From NCBI RefSeq assembly GCF_004010195.1, contig NC_057718.1:55274196-55338195 (forward strand): a DNA stretch of 64,000 bases. The letters run 5' to 3'. Positions 25,590-39,259 of the stretch are shown here, in pieces. The DNA is from Chiloscyllium plagiosum (lineage: Eukaryota). Each line of letters opens with the position of its first letter. Position 1 is the first letter of the stretch. The notes under the pieces were generated by a model that was not told where the DNA came from, did not search any database, and worked only from the letters and a program-made list of their open reading frames with translations. A program made the position numbers and the translations under genes.

Positions 25590-26983
25590 CCCCATGGGAG
25601 ACTGGTTAGCAAAGTTAGATCTCACGGAATATAGGGAGAACTAGCCATTTGGATACAGAATTGGCTCAAAGGTAGAAGACAGAGAATGGTGGTGGAGGGT
25701 TGTTTTTCAGACTGGAGGTCTGTGACCAGTGGAGTGCCACAAGCATTGGTACTGGGTCCTCTACTTTTTGTAATTTACATAAATGATTTGGATGTGAGCA
25801 TAAGAGGTACAGTTAGTAAGTTTGCAGATGACACCAAAATTGGAGGTGTAGTGGACAGCGAAGAGGGTTACTTCAGATTACAACAGGATCTTGACCAGAT
25901 GGACCAATGGGCTGAGAAGTAGCAGATGAAGTTTAATTCAGATAAATGCGAGGTGCTGCATTTTGGGAAAGCAAATCTTAGCACGACTTATTCACTTAAT
26001 GGTAAGGTCCTAGGGAGTATTGCTGAACAAAGAGACCTTTGAGTGCAAGTTCATAACTCCTTGAAAGTGGAGTCCCAGTTAGATAGGATAGTGAAGAAGG
26101 CGTTTGGTATGCTTTCCTTTATTGGTCAGAGTATTGAGTATAGGAGTTGGGAGGTCATGTTGCGGCTGTACAGGACATTGGTTAGGCCACTGTTGGAATA
26201 TTGCGTGCAGTTCTGGCCTCCTTCCTATTGGAAAGATGTTGTGAAACTTGAAAGAGTTCATAAAAGATTTACAAGGATGTCACCAGTGTTGGAGGATTTG
26301 AGCTATAGGGAGATGCTGAACAGGCTGGGGTTGTTTTCCCTGGAGCGTCGGAGGCTAAGGGGTGACCTTATAGAGGTTTACAAAATTATGAGGAGCATGG
26401 ATAGGATAAATAGACAAAGTCTTTTCCCTGGGGTGGGGAAGTCCAGAACCAGAGGGCATAGGTTTAGGGTGAAAGGGGAAAGATATAAAAGAGACCTAAG
26501 GGGCAACTTTTTCACACAGAGAGTGGTACGTGTATGGAATGAGCTGCCAGAGGAGGCTGGTACAATTGCAACATTTAAGAGGCATTTGGATGGGTATATG
26601 AATAGGAAGGGTTTGGAGGGATTTGGCCGGGTTTCACAGGTGGGACTAGATTGGGTTGGGAAATCTGGTCGGCTTAGATGGTTTGGACCGAAGAGTCTGT
26701 TTCCATGCTGTACATCTCTACGACTCTATGACTCTATCTATCTTCAACTCCACTTTCAAGGAACTACGTGTATGGAATGAACTGCCAGAGGAAGTGGTTG
26801 AGACTGGTACAATTGCAGCATTTAAGAGGCATTTGGATGGGTATGTGAATAGGAAGGGTTTGGAGGGTTTGGGCCGAGTGCTGGCAGGTGGGACTAGATT
26901 AGGTTGGGATATCCGGTTGGCATGGATGGGTTGGACCGAAGTGTCTGTTTCCATGCTGTACATCTCTATGATTCTATGACTCT
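25590..26983 (+). mobile_element. Young 5'-truncated CR1 LINE with a duplicated 3' end
   Basis: GVPQALVLGP, FADDTKIGG, LYRTLVRPLLEYC, FFTQRVVRVWNELP; two successive tails at about 26717-26737 and 26965-26983. Confidence 0.92.
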
Positions 26984-26984
26984 A

Positions 26985-28620
26985 AATGGCTAGTTCTACC
27001 TGTTTTTATTTGTGATCTAACCTTGCTAACCAGTCTACGATGAGGAACCTTGTCAAACACCTTACTGAGGTCCATATAGATCACATCCACCGCGCTGCCC
27101 TCATCAATCCTCTTTGTTACTTCTTCAAAAAATGTAATCAAGTCAATGTGACACAATTTCCCACACCCAAAGCCATGTAGACTATTTCTAATCAGTCCTT
27201 ACCTTTCCAAATACATGTAAATCCTGTCCCTCAGAATCCACATCCACTCTTAACAACTTACTCACCATTGATGTTAGGCTCACTGGTCTATTATCCCTGG
27301 CTTTTCCTTACCATCTTCCTTGAATGAAGGCACCACATCAGCCAATCTTCAGTCTCCTGGCACTTCACCCGTGGCTATCGATGATACAGGTACCTTACCA
27401 AGGGGCCCAGCGATCACTTCCCTACATTTCCACAAAGGTGATGGGTATACTTGATCAGGTCCCAGGCATGATCCACCTTTATGCATTTTAAGATGTCCAG
27501 CTCCACACCTCTGTAATATAGAAACTTTTCAAGAACTCAATATTTATTTCTCCAAGTTCTCTAGCTCCCATATCCTTCTCCAAAGTAAATTCTGACAGAA
27601 AATACTCATTTAGTATCTCCTGCGGTTGAATACATGGATGGCCTTGTTGATCTTCAAGGGGCCTTATTTTCACCTGAGTTACTCTTTTCTCCTAATGTAT
27701 TTGTAGAATTTATTTGGATTCTCCAAAGCTATCTCATGTCCCCTTTTTGCCTTCCTGATTACCCTCTGAAGTGTACCCCTACTGCGTTTAGGGATTTACT
27801 CGATCACTACAGTCTATATGTCCTCCTTTTTCTTGATCAGAGCCTCAATTTCTGTGGTCGTCCAGCATTCCTGCACCTATCAGCCTTCTCCTCACACGAA
27901 CAAGAATATGTTGTCTCTGAACTCTGCTTATCTCAATTTTAAAAACCTCCCACTTTCCAGCTGTCCCTTTCCTGTGAATAGCCTCCCTCAATCAACTTTT
28001 GAAAGTTCTTGCCTAATACCATCAAAATTGGCTTTCCTCCAATTTAGAACTTTAACTTTTTGATCATGCCTATCCTTTTCCATAACTATTTTAAACCTAA
28101 CAGAATTTTGATCACTGGCCACAGAGTGTGTCCCCACTGATACCTCAGTCACTTGCCCTCCCTTATTTCCCAAGAGAAGGTCAAGTTTTGCTCCTTCTTG
28201 AGTGGGTACATTCACATTCAAAATGTGTGGTGCTGGAAAAGCACAGCTGGTCAGGCAGAATCTGAGGAGCAGCAGTGTTGACTTTTCAAGCATAATCTCA
28301 TCATCATTCCTGATGAAAAGCTTATGCTTGAAACGTCGACTCTCCTGCTCCTCGGATGCAGGCTGATTGTCTGTGCTTTTCCATCACCACACTTTTTGAC
28401 TCTGATCTTCAGCATCTGCAATCCTCACTTTCTCTTGATACATTCATGTACTGAATAAGGAAATTTTCTTGTACATATTTAAAACTTCCACTCCATCCAA
28501 GCCTTTAAGACTATGGTAGTCCCAGTCTACGTTTAGAAAGTTAAAATCCCTTCTATTACAACTGTATGTTTTCACAGATAACTGAGATCTCCATGCAAAT
28601 GTGCTACTCAATTTTTGTTT
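26985..28620 (-). mobile_element. CR1 LINE internal fragment (endonuclease to RT N-terminus), interrupted at 28215-28438
   Basis: VDVIYMDLSKVFDKVPH; PTQEGAKLDLLLGN; SDQNSVRF. Confidence 0.85.
28215..28438. mobile_element. Mini Penelope-derived fold-back with hammerhead motif (CTGATGA 28310-16, GAAAC 28330-34, GTC 28335-37 on +)
   Basis: About 85-bp inverted arms; stem II AAGC-ttat-GCTT; TACATTCA repeated at 28207-14 and 28439-46. Confidence 0.82.
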
Positions 28621-28892
28621 AATTTAAAATCTCTTTTGCACAAGCAATAATTATCTTGTACTGTTTTAACTCCTATTGTAATAATGACTTCAAAATACAG
28701 CGATTTAAAAAAATTATTTAATTATGTTTGGATATTTCTAAGGCATTTTCTTTCTTACTGCTTTTGCCCACTTAATTCAATTGTTTCCTTCACAACAATA
28801 ATTCAAGATACCATATTGTATACCTGTGTACAAAAAAAAACTAAAATTATTCCTTGCTTAGCAAATTGTTTGTCAAAGTATTTGATAAGGTA

Positions 28893-29196
28893 ATCATAGA
28901 ATCCCTACAGAGTGGAAACAGGCCATTTGGCCCAACAAAGAGTATCCCATCCAGACTCATTCCCCTACCCTATTACTCTACATTTCCCCTGACTAATGCA
29001 CCCTAACCTACACATCCCTGAACACACTGGCAATTTAGCATGGCCGTTCACCTAACCTTGACATCTTTGGACTGTGGGAGAAACCCATACAGACATGGGG
29101 AGAACATGCAAACTCCACACAGAGTCGCCCGAGACCGGAATTGAACCCAATTCCCTGGCTCTATGAGGCAGCAGTACTAACCATTGAGCCACCATG
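28893..29196 (-). mobile_element. HE1/V-SINE-like SINE
   Basis: Reverse-complement head catggtggctcaatggttagtactgctgcctca and B box gggttcaattcc. Confidence 0.82.
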
Positions 29197-29769
29197 CACG
29201 TTGCAAGTTCCTTGAATTTCAAAATATTATTTGAAAAAATTAAATCCCAAATCTATATTGGTATAAATGCTGAAAGAGTTCAATCATTTTTGAAATACAG
29301 TTCAATTAATGACCTATTCCCCCTCCTCTTAACAGTACAATGTAACATTCTCCATTCTTTGGGAATACAAGTGTCTCGTCTGTTGCCATCCATAATTATT
29401 GTTCCATAAACAACTTTACAGAACTGTATGTTGAAGCAATTTGTTACATATAGGAAAAAATAAATGTGACAGTTAGATTGTTCCACTTGGTTTTCTTTCA
29501 AGCATTCCAAACTTCACAGGTACTTGCATCAAGGTTTGTTAAGCTCAGTTTAGTTTATTAGTTCTGAGTCTAAATGTCAGTCCAGAGACTGAACACCTGA
29601 ATGTTGACTGATATTTCATTGCTCAACTATTGAAAATGCTATCATGAGAGTGTTACTATATACAGAGGTTCTACCTGTTCTAGATGTTGGACTATAATTG
29701 AACTGTTCTAAATCACCTGTCCCTCATGGAAAAATTTATAAAGGAAAACACCTTTGACCACAAGTCCAT

Positions 29770-30890
29770 AAGTCAATAGTAAGCACACAGCATCCTCGAG
29801 ACCCTGTGGGGAAAAAGGGAGAGTTGATCCTTGAGCAGACTGTCAGTTAATTGGCAGAATCTGTTATTGCCAGAAGTTTCCACCAAGCACCAAGATGTCA
29901 CTTGGCTAGTAGTGAGAAAGACACACCTGTGAGATCCTTCATGCACACCCACACTCTCTCTGTCACCACACGCTGCCTTGAAGCAGCCGGGGTGGTGGGT
30001 CGAGACTGTCATATATCTCCTTCTGGAATGCTTCTATGCAAACAACATCTGGAGAATAATGCAGTGGTTTTTGTCTAGATTCGTCCCAAGCAGCTCCATG
30101 ATGCAGGATTCTGTTCTACTGTCTGTTCCCTGGGATGCACAATGAGACAAACGTGGACAGTGGTTGGAAGGCTATCAACCCAATGAAAGACTCCAGTATA
30201 GAGAGTTGACCTCGACATAGGGTAAATAGATAAGGTCTTTTTCCTGGGGTGGAGAGCCCAGAACTAGAGGGTGTAGGTTTAGGGTGAGAGGGAAAAAATT
30301 AAAGAGGGATCCAAGGGGCAACTTTTTCACGCAGAGGGTGGTGCGTATATGGAATGAGCTGCCAGAGGAAGTGGTGGAGGCTAGTACAATTGCAACATTT
30401 AAAAGACATCTGGATGGGTATATGACGAGGAAGGATTTAGAGGGATATGGGCCAAATGCTGGAAAATGGGACTAGATTAATCTAGGTTATCTGGTCGACC
30501 TGGAAAAGTTGGACCAAAGGGTCTGTTTCTGTGATATACATCTCTATGACTCTTAAGTGTTTCAGAATGGCATGTTCCAAGGTACAGAACCTTGTGCTAA
30601 GAGATGCACTAAAGCTTTGGGCAATTACTGTCAAGATGCAGTGGAGAAAGACCACATTCTAATGTCTTTTGGCCAAAGTACACAGCGGTGATTTCAGTTA
30701 TCAGTCCCTCTCCTTGCCTCAATTTATGTAAATAGTGTCCCGCATGAGTAGGGAACGCCTTTGGCTTTTACAACTACAGGGAATATCAAATTCAATGTTT
30801 TCTTTTTGCTATATAAAGAATGTACAGAACTGCTTTAGTACCCATGTATGTACCTAAAAATTTTTATGAATAAAGCATGTTTTTGCATTT
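29770..30890 (+). mobile_element. Decayed L1/Tx1-type LINE 3' end, interrupted by a CR1 3' fragment (about 30215-30555)
   Basis: Frameshifted WLVVRK..PVRSFMHTHTLSVTTRC...ETVIYLLLECFYA resembles the L1/Tx1 C-terminal zinc-knuckle region; tttatgaataaag tail at about 30865; CR1 piece FFTQRVVRIWNELPEEVVEA. Confidence 0.6.
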
Positions 30891-31470
30891 AAAATATCAT
30901 GAGAGTTCAAATCAGCCGTTACCCAGCTTTTTGGGTAATAATTCAAGAAAGGTGAGGCAAGTGCTTTGATGTCCTGGCCAATGTTTAGCTCTTAACCAAC
31001 ATTAGTAAAAGAGGTTATTTGGACGTTGCTGGTTTTGAGACTATGCAGTGCACAAATTGGTCACCACGCATTACCCTCCATTATTAGCAGTAACTGCACT
31101 TCAAAAAGTACTTCATTAACAGTCAAGTACTTTGAAATACATTGAAGTTAAGAAAGAAGCTATAGAAATAAAGCTTTTTCTTTTATCCCTATTTAAAAAT
31201 AAAATTATACCACCATTCACATTAATAACACTCTTACCTCATCATGTGAAGGCCTTGAATTCAAGTCTCAATCCAGGCTTTAGACATGTAATCATAGCCA
31301 GTGTTTTAGTTCAGTATTGAGAATGTGCCACCTTGTCATTGTAGCTGTTTTCCAAATGAGGCATTCAGCAACAGCCTTAAAGAAGGTGACTGGACCCGAA
31401 ACTGCTTTCTGTCCATAGATGCTGCCAGACCTTCTGAGCATTTCCAGAAATTTCTGTTTTTATTTCAGAT

Positions 31471-31808
31471 TGGGCGGCACGGTGGCACAGTGGTTAGCAC
31501 TGCTGCCTCGCAGCGCCAGAGACCCGGGTTCAATTCCCGACTCAGGCGACTGACTGTGTGGAGTTTGCACGTTCTCCCCGTGTCTGCGTGGGTTTCCTCC
31601 GGGGGCTCCGGTTTCCTCCCACAGTCCAAAGATGTGCAAGTCAGGTGAATTGGCCATGCTAAATTGCCCGTAGTGTTAGGTAAAGGGGTAAATGTAGGGG
31701 TAGGGGTAGGGGTATGGGTGGGTTACGCTTCGGCGGGTCGGTTTGGACTTGTTGGGCCGAAGGGCCTGTTTCCACACTGAAATTAATCTAATCTAATCTA
31801 ATCTAATC
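31471..31808 (+). mobile_element. HE1/V-SINE-like SINE, young full-length
   Basis: CpG-rich intact A/B boxes; (TAATC)n tail; near-identical to 714-1025. Confidence 0.92.
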
Positions 31809-32040
31809 AAATTTCTAGTATCCGCAGTTCTTTGTTTTTTGTGTAGCATTGACGATTTGTTTGCTTAAATGTAAAATTTTCCATAATACTATCAGAAGAA
31901 AACCAGTGGTGTTCTCCCCAATCAGAGAGTAGCTGGTCATTTTGCTGTATTTTACACTTTCTAAAATAAAAGACAATTAATTGGTTTTGGAGCACTTTGA
32001 AATGTCCTGAGGGTGTAGAAGAATTATTTCTTTATTGTAT

Positions 32041-32382
32041 ATCATAGAAGCCCTGCAGTGTGGAAGCAGACCATTCAGTCCACACTGATGGTCTTGAGAG
32101 GGTCTCACCAGACCCATCCTTCCCTATCCCTGTAACCCTGCATTTCCCATGGCTAATCCACCTAGCCTGCACATCCCTAGATACTATGGGCAATTTAGCA
32201 TGGCTGATTCACCTAACCTGCACATCTCTGAACTGAGAGAGGAAACAGGAGCACCTGGAGGAAACCCATGCAGATGTCAGAGAATGTATGGAGTTTGCAC
32301 AGACAGTTGCCCGAGGCTGGAATCGGATCCAGGTCCCTGGTGCTATGAGGCAACAGTGCTAACCACTGAGCTACCATGCCAC
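32041..32382 (-). mobile_element. HE1/V-SINE-like SINE
   Basis: Reverse-complement head ggtggcatggtagctcagtggttagcactg. Confidence 0.82.
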
Positions 32383-33379
32383 CTATGCATCAAGTATTTA
32401 TTCAGGCTTAACAATTTTTTTTAATGGTGCAAGGCCTGTGAAATATTTTTATTTGCCCACATTTGTTCAGATTAATTATTCCTACATCATATGTGATTAA
32501 TTCTGTCTGTCACTTCCAAAATGAGGACAGGTTTTTGTGAGAGTTTGTACTCTTTCCGGGGTGAGGAATCTCAATGTTGAATCCTTTTCCACTGCTTCTA
32601 TATTTGATTTAAAATAAAACTTTTACTGCGGTATCTCGCCAATGTGTTGCAGGTCCAATCTTAACTCTATTGTGCCAAGGCCACGTCTGACATTTTCTAC
32701 TGTTCATCATTCATCCTATGATTTCTCAAGCTGTTTTTATGTTGTGCAAAATTCATTCTAAAGAACAGTCTTCCTGACAACTAGTTTCTCAGAAGGACCC
32801 TAAATTCAACTTCAGTCTTTCAGTGCGAATCCCACACTTCAGGAAATAGTGGGCAGGATGTTGATTTCATGCAATATGGAAACAATTTCTGAGTCACCTG
32901 TGCAATTAGCTTTTGTTTAGAAATATTCTTGTTTTGCCCATAACACAAGGAGTTAGATGGAAGCTGGCCAAAACTAATTTTCCTTGGAACATTTATGCCA
33001 TAGATATTCAAGATGCCCATCCTGTAGTTTGGGCATGCCTTTCAATCTGAAGACTGAGCTGAAATCCAACTGTACCCATCTAGTTTCTTGAAGTAAAATA
33101 AAATGCTTCTCAAATATTTGCAGACGGTGTAAGACAATAACTTAAACTTCAGAACATGGCAGCACTTGGTGAAAGTGCTGAAGGTGACAAGAGTGCACTG
33201 GTTAAGTCCCAAACGTATGAATTAAAGCAGAAGAAGATGGTTTGGCTCCTATGTCCTGCTCTGCCTGTCTATAAGATCATGATTTATCTGTGGCTCAATA
33301 TCACATTACCCACCTACTCCTAAACTCCCTTGTTATTCAAGAATCTAATTTTGCCTTAAAAGAATACAATGACCCCCAC

Positions 33380-36300
33380 TCCACTGTTGGAGAGCAGTCG
33401 TGAAAGGGGATTCTATTGTAAGGAAAACAGATGTTTCTGCAGCCACGGACAGGGAGGCAACAGCCTAGTGGTAGTTAATGTTCTGGGGACCCAGGTTTGA
33501 ATCCCGCCATGGCAGGTGGTGGAATGTGAACTCAATGAAAATGTGAAATTAAGAGTCTAGCAAACCATTACCAATTGTCAGTAAAAATCCATCTGGTTCA
33601 CTAATGTCCTTTAAGGAAGGAAACTGTCATGCTTACTTGGTCTGGTCTACATGTGACTCCAGACCCACAGTAATGTGCTTGACACTTAACTGCCCTCTGG
33701 GTATTAGGGATGGGCAATAAATGCTGCCCTAGCCAGCAGTGCCCACATCCCGTGAGTGAATAAACAATAAAAAAGTTTCTTTGTAAGTTTCTTCTCAGAT
33801 GCCAGGGTCAGGGATGTCACTGAATGGCTAGAGGACATTCCGAAGGGATGAAGAGAACAAATCGGATTATTGTCCATGTTTGTATAAATGGCATAGGTAA
33901 AAAGAGGGATGGGATCCCACAAGCAGAATATAAGGAACTCTGACATAAATTAGAAAGCAGGAACCCCTCAAAGATACTGAACAACTAATTTTGTTCTGTC
34001 TTTACAGAAGAAGACACAAGAAGTTCCCAGAAGTGTTAAGGAAGCAAAGGTAATTTAGAAAGGAGAAATTAAAAGAAGCTAATGTTAGTTTAAAAAAAAA
34101 GTGCTAGTGAAGCATTTGAAAGCTGATAAATCTCCAGGGTCTTATAATCTACATCCCAGGGTACTAAGGAGGTGGGCATGTAAACAGTGGATATATCAAT
34201 TACTATCTTTTAAAATTTTGTAGATTCTACAACAGTCCCAGCAGATTTGGAGGGTGGCAAATGTAATCCCATAGATTACAGAAGTAACCATAGAGTCATG
34301 TACAGCACGGAAACAGACCCTTCAGTCCAACTCGTCCACGCCAAACAGATATCCTAAATTAATCTTATCCCATTTGCCAGCACTTGGTCCATATCTGTCC
34401 AAACCTTTCCTATTCATATACCCATCCAGATACCTTTTAAATGTTTGCCCTCTCACTCTAAACCTATGCCCTCTAGTTCACTTGGAATTACCAGTTAGCC
34501 TAACATCATAAAATTCCAAAATATGTTATAAAGGATATGATAACAAAACAGTTAAAAGTAAAATCAGTGGTATTACACAAAGTCAGCATCGATTTATAAA
34601 AGGGAAATGGTATGTGACAAACTTATTGAAGTTTTCTTGAGGATGTAACAGAAAAGATGAAGGTGAAGCAATGAAAGTGGTGTGTTTAGATTTTCAGAAA
34701 GCTTTTGATGAAGTCATAGTCATAAATATCTAAAGCACAGAAAAAGATCCTTTGGCTCATCGAATTTGTGTCAAGCAAAGATAACCATTTATCTGTTCTG
34801 ATCCCAATTTCTAGTATTTGGTGCATATAAAGTCTCACATATGAAGTTATTGTGCAAAGCCAAATGGGATTGGTTGTAACACACTGGCATGAATTGAGAA
34901 TTGGTTAGCAGACAGGAAACAGTAGGAATATATGGGTTATTTTCAGTGTGGAAAATGGTAAAATGTGGTGTACTGCAGGGATCAGCACTTGGGCCACAGC
35001 TATTCACAATGTATAACAATTTGAATGAGGGACCTGAGTGTGATATCTCCAAGTTTGCTAATAACACGAAATTAGGTGGGAGTTTGAATGTGAGGAGGAC
35101 ATGGAGAGGTTCAGGTTGATTTAGAAAGGTGAGTGAGTGGGCAGATGTAGTATACAGTGGATAAATGTAAAGTTGTCCACACTGGTAGTTAAAACAAAAA
35201 GTAGAATGTTACTTAAATTATAGATTGGGAAAAGTTAATGCATAAAGGGACCTGGATGCCCATGTACACTGGTCATTGAAAGTAAGCACATAGATGCTGC
35301 AAACAGTTAGTAAGGCAAATATATTTGTTGCCCTTCATTGTACAAAAGTTTGAGTACAGGAGCAAGGGAGTCTTACTGCTGCTGAACAAGGCCTTGGTGA
35401 GATTATACCTGGTGTAGTGTATGTGGATTTTGCTCTCTTTACCTGAGAAAAGATAGACTAATCATTGAATGGGAGTGAATTCAGATTGTGAACCCATTTC
35501 TTTCTTTTATCTTTGCTTGTTGCATTCTCTGTCACCATGTCCTCACTCCCCTCCCCCAACTCCAGTGAGTCCAGCTGTTCTTTTCAGTTTGACAGTTGGA
35601 TATACCATTGATCTGCCATTCTCACATTCCAAAAACTTAATCTACACTATCACCACTCTTTCTCCCCGGCACACCACCTCCACACTCTTCCATAAATGCT
35701 GCCCCCTCCACACTTGACACCAGCTCTCATGAAGAGTCATCTAGACTTGAAATGTTAACTAGCTCTCTCTCCGTGGATGCTACTTGACCCGCTGTGATAT
35801 CCAGCATTTTTTGTTTGCAGTACAAATTCCAGCACCTGCAGTAATCTGCTCCTACAGTGGCTAATCCTACTCCTATTTTCTAAATTTCTATGTTAGCTAA
35901 TTCCTGTCTATGTCAATATATTATACCCTACACCATAATCTCTTCTTTTACCTTTTGAGGTCGCACTTTATCAGTTGTTTTCTGGAAATCTATGGGCAGT
36001 ACATCCATGGGTTATCATTTATCTACATTGCTTGTTACTTTGTCTCTAATAAATATCTAATAAATTAGTTAAACATGATTTATTTTTCACAAAATCAGGT
36101 TGGTTGTACCTGATTACATTAAGACATTCTAAGTGCTGTGCTATAACCTCATTAATAATAGATCTTTGTATTTCCCTATGATAATTGGTTAATTGGCCTG
36201 TGTTTTCCTACTTTGTCTCCCTCCTCCCTTGATTAGAGGAGTCTCATTTACTGTTCTGCAGTCTGGCAGGGCTTTTCCAGAATTTAGGGAAATTGGAAAA

Positions 36301-36500
36301 TTGAAACCAATGCATCCACTATCTCAGCAGCAATTTGTTTTAACATCTTTGGATCATGATCATCAGTGCCAGGGAATATATAAGATTTTGGATATAATAA
36401 TTTCCTCAGTACCTTTTCTAATAGTTTTAAGTTGTTCACTCCCTCTCATCTTGAGATTCCCAGTTATTTCTGGGATGTTATTTTTATCTTCAAGAATGAA
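33380..36500. mobile_element. Composite of old CR1 fragments with nested SINE (about 33455-33775), CR1 tail (34270-34480, -) and Penelope 3' fragment (about 35480-35855)
   Basis: GVLQGSALGPQLF and SKFANNTKLGG remnants; SINE B box ggtttgaatccc; degenerate hammerhead ctcatgaa-GAGTC-atcta-GACTT-gaaatgtt at about 35726. Confidence 0.7.
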
Positions 36501-36599
36501 AACAGAAGAATATATTCCTGATATTGGGCTTGCAGCAGATAGTAAGGGAACTAACAAGAGGGAAAAAACCTACTAAACCTAGCATTCACCAGACTACCT

Positions 36600-38950
36600 C
36601 TTGCAGATCCATCTGAACTTGGCAGCATATATGTGACCATAGCACAGTCCTTATTATTTGTAAAGACCAAACTCATCTTTGCAGTGAGCCAACCCTCCTT
36701 TGTGCTCTGTGACATTACCACCATGCTAACTGGGATAGATTTTGTAAAAAGCTGGCAGTTCAAACCTGGACAACCATAAAGCACAGTAGGTGACCAGCAG
36801 CAGCAGAATGATATCTATCAATGATCTGGAAACTTGTATCCCTAACTTTCCCATTAGCATCAAGCCAAAGGATCAACTGTAGTTCAGTGAAGAATGCAGG
36901 AACACATACATAAAGATGAGGTAATAACCTTGTAAAGCTACAACTCAAGACCACTTGTATGCTAAACAGCAGAAATAGCAATATTTGACAGAATGGAGCT
37001 ACCTCTCCAACAATGAACCTTGTCTAAGCTTTACATTCTTCTATATCCAATGATCAATGGTGACATTGTACAACTTAACCAATTAACTGGAGAAGGAGGC
37101 CATGCAAATATCTCCGTCCTCAATGAAGGGGAAGCCATAAAATTGGTGTAAAAGATAAAGCTGAACCATTTACCATCATCTTCTACTAAAACTGTTGGTG
37201 GAGATCCATTTTAGCCTTCTCCTAAAGTCCCCAGCATCATAGATGTCAGTATTCAGCCAATTTAATTCACACCACACAATATCAATAAATAGTTAATGCA
37301 GTATCCAATATTTCAAATATGTGCTCCCAAAACATTCCTGGCAATAGTACTGAAGATATGTGCACTAGAATTCTCTCTGAACCCTATCCAAGCAGTTTCA
37401 ATACATCTACGGCACTGACATCTACCTGATAATGTTGACTGCTCAGACATGTTGTGACACACACATATAAGACAGATAAGTCTTGAAACTAGACCTCCTA
37501 GTTTAGAGGTAGGGACACTACTGCTGTGCCTCAAGAGCCTTGCTGTGGAGACACCTTCCATAAATCAGTATTCACACTGCAAAGACCTGTTCAGTATGCA
37601 CCATCTAGGTCCCACGAGGTCAACTTACTTGATTCAAACATGGATAGTAATGCTGAGGTGAGAGTAATTGCCTGTCATATCAAGGTGGCTTTTGATTGGT
37701 CTGGCATCAAGGAGTCTGAACAAAACTGGAGTCTTTGGGAATCTGGAAAAGCTTCCATTGGTTGGATTTGTAATTAGTAAAAAGGAAGGTGGTTGTGTTG
37801 GAAGCCAATTGGATAGTCACCGGTGCATTGCTGCGTAAATTCTTCAGAAATATTTGAAGCCCAACCACCCTGAACTTTATCAGCTTATCAGTAACATTCC
37901 TTCCAACAAAGTGGAAATGTGCACTTCTAATTCATAACGTTCAGGACTATTTCCAACTTCTCTGATTCTGAAGCTGTGCATTCGTATATGCAGCAAGACC
38001 TGGACAACAGTTAGGTTGACAAGTACCCTTCACACCATGCAAATGCGAGGGAATGCCTATCTGCAACCAGAGACGTTCACCTGACATTCAACGGCATTAC
38101 TATTACTGAATCCCCACCCAAATATTGAACTGGTCCAGCCATATAAATACAAAAGCACCTCACAAACTTGGAGTAATCCTGTCCACCACCTATCAATCAC
38201 ATGATGGAATATTCTCAACTTGCCAAGATGAATGAAGCTCCAACCACCCAAGAAGGGTGGCATAGGGGCACAGTGGTTAGCACTGTTGCCTCACAGTACC
38301 AGGAACCCAGGTTCAATTCCAGCCTTGGGCGACTGTTTATGTGGAGTTTGCAAGTTCTCCCCCTGTCTGCGTGGGTTTCCTCCCACAATTAAAAAGATGT
38401 GCAAGTTAGGTGAATTGACCATGCCAAATTACCAGGTCAGAGGTAAATATAGGCCAGGGGATTGGCTCTGGGTGAGTTACTCTTTGGAGTGTTGGTGTGG
38501 ACTTGTTGGCAGAAGGGCCTGTTTCCATACTGTAGGTAATCTAATTAATAAACAAAAAAGATCAACACCATTCAGGTCAAAATAGCCTGCTTGTTTGGCA
38601 TTCCATTTATCAATTTAAACATCTATTCACTCCTCTATCAATTCACAGTGACAGCATTGTGCGTATAGAAAAGGTGCACTGCAGCAACTTAGCAAGGTTA
38701 CTTGCAAATCTATGACCCCAACAACTAGAAGATCAAGCACAGTGATGCATGAGACCAATACCATCTGTAAGTTCCCTTCCAAGCCACACAACATCCCAAC
38801 TTGGAATGATATCACTCTTCTCTTTGCGGTTGTAAGGTCAAAATTCTAGATCTCTGATCTAGATGTGTTTGCATATAGCAGCAGCTGATACCATTCTTTG
38901 AAGGACAGGACAATAAACATTGACACCACATCCCATGATGGAATAAAAAT
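36600..38950 (+). mobile_element. Highly decayed non-LTR retroelement with nested HE1-like SINE (38257-38548)
   Basis: Remnants resembling DIKxAFD (catatcaaggtggcttttgat) and MQQDLDN; tail ggacaataaa...ccacatcccatga shared with 33715-33760 and 45525-45555(-). Confidence 0.5.
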
Positions 38951-39259
38951 AAATTGCAAGTGGTATGTTAATATTTGCTTCTGTTCACATTGCTGTCACT
39001 GTATACAAAAACATGGATAGACCTTTTTTGTGATTGAGGCAGGATGGATGGGTCTAAAAATACCAAAACAGGGAAATGAGATGACTTCATAAAGAGAGAT
39101 GGATTTTGTGTGGAAGGAATAAAGGCGTTTTAATTTGTTTGGATTTAACTGGATCTTAAGAGCATTTAATTACACGGTTTGCTCCGGTTGTTGTTAATGA
39201 TAAGAAGAGTTGGAGGTCTAGACACTTGATCTGCAAATCCTGCTTTTTACTCTTCAGTA

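Noticed and set aside
26043..26780. 245-aa ORF as a host gene or active retroelement
   Set aside because: C-terminal part of CR1 ORF2; the copy is 5'-truncated with an upstream stop at 25920-22.
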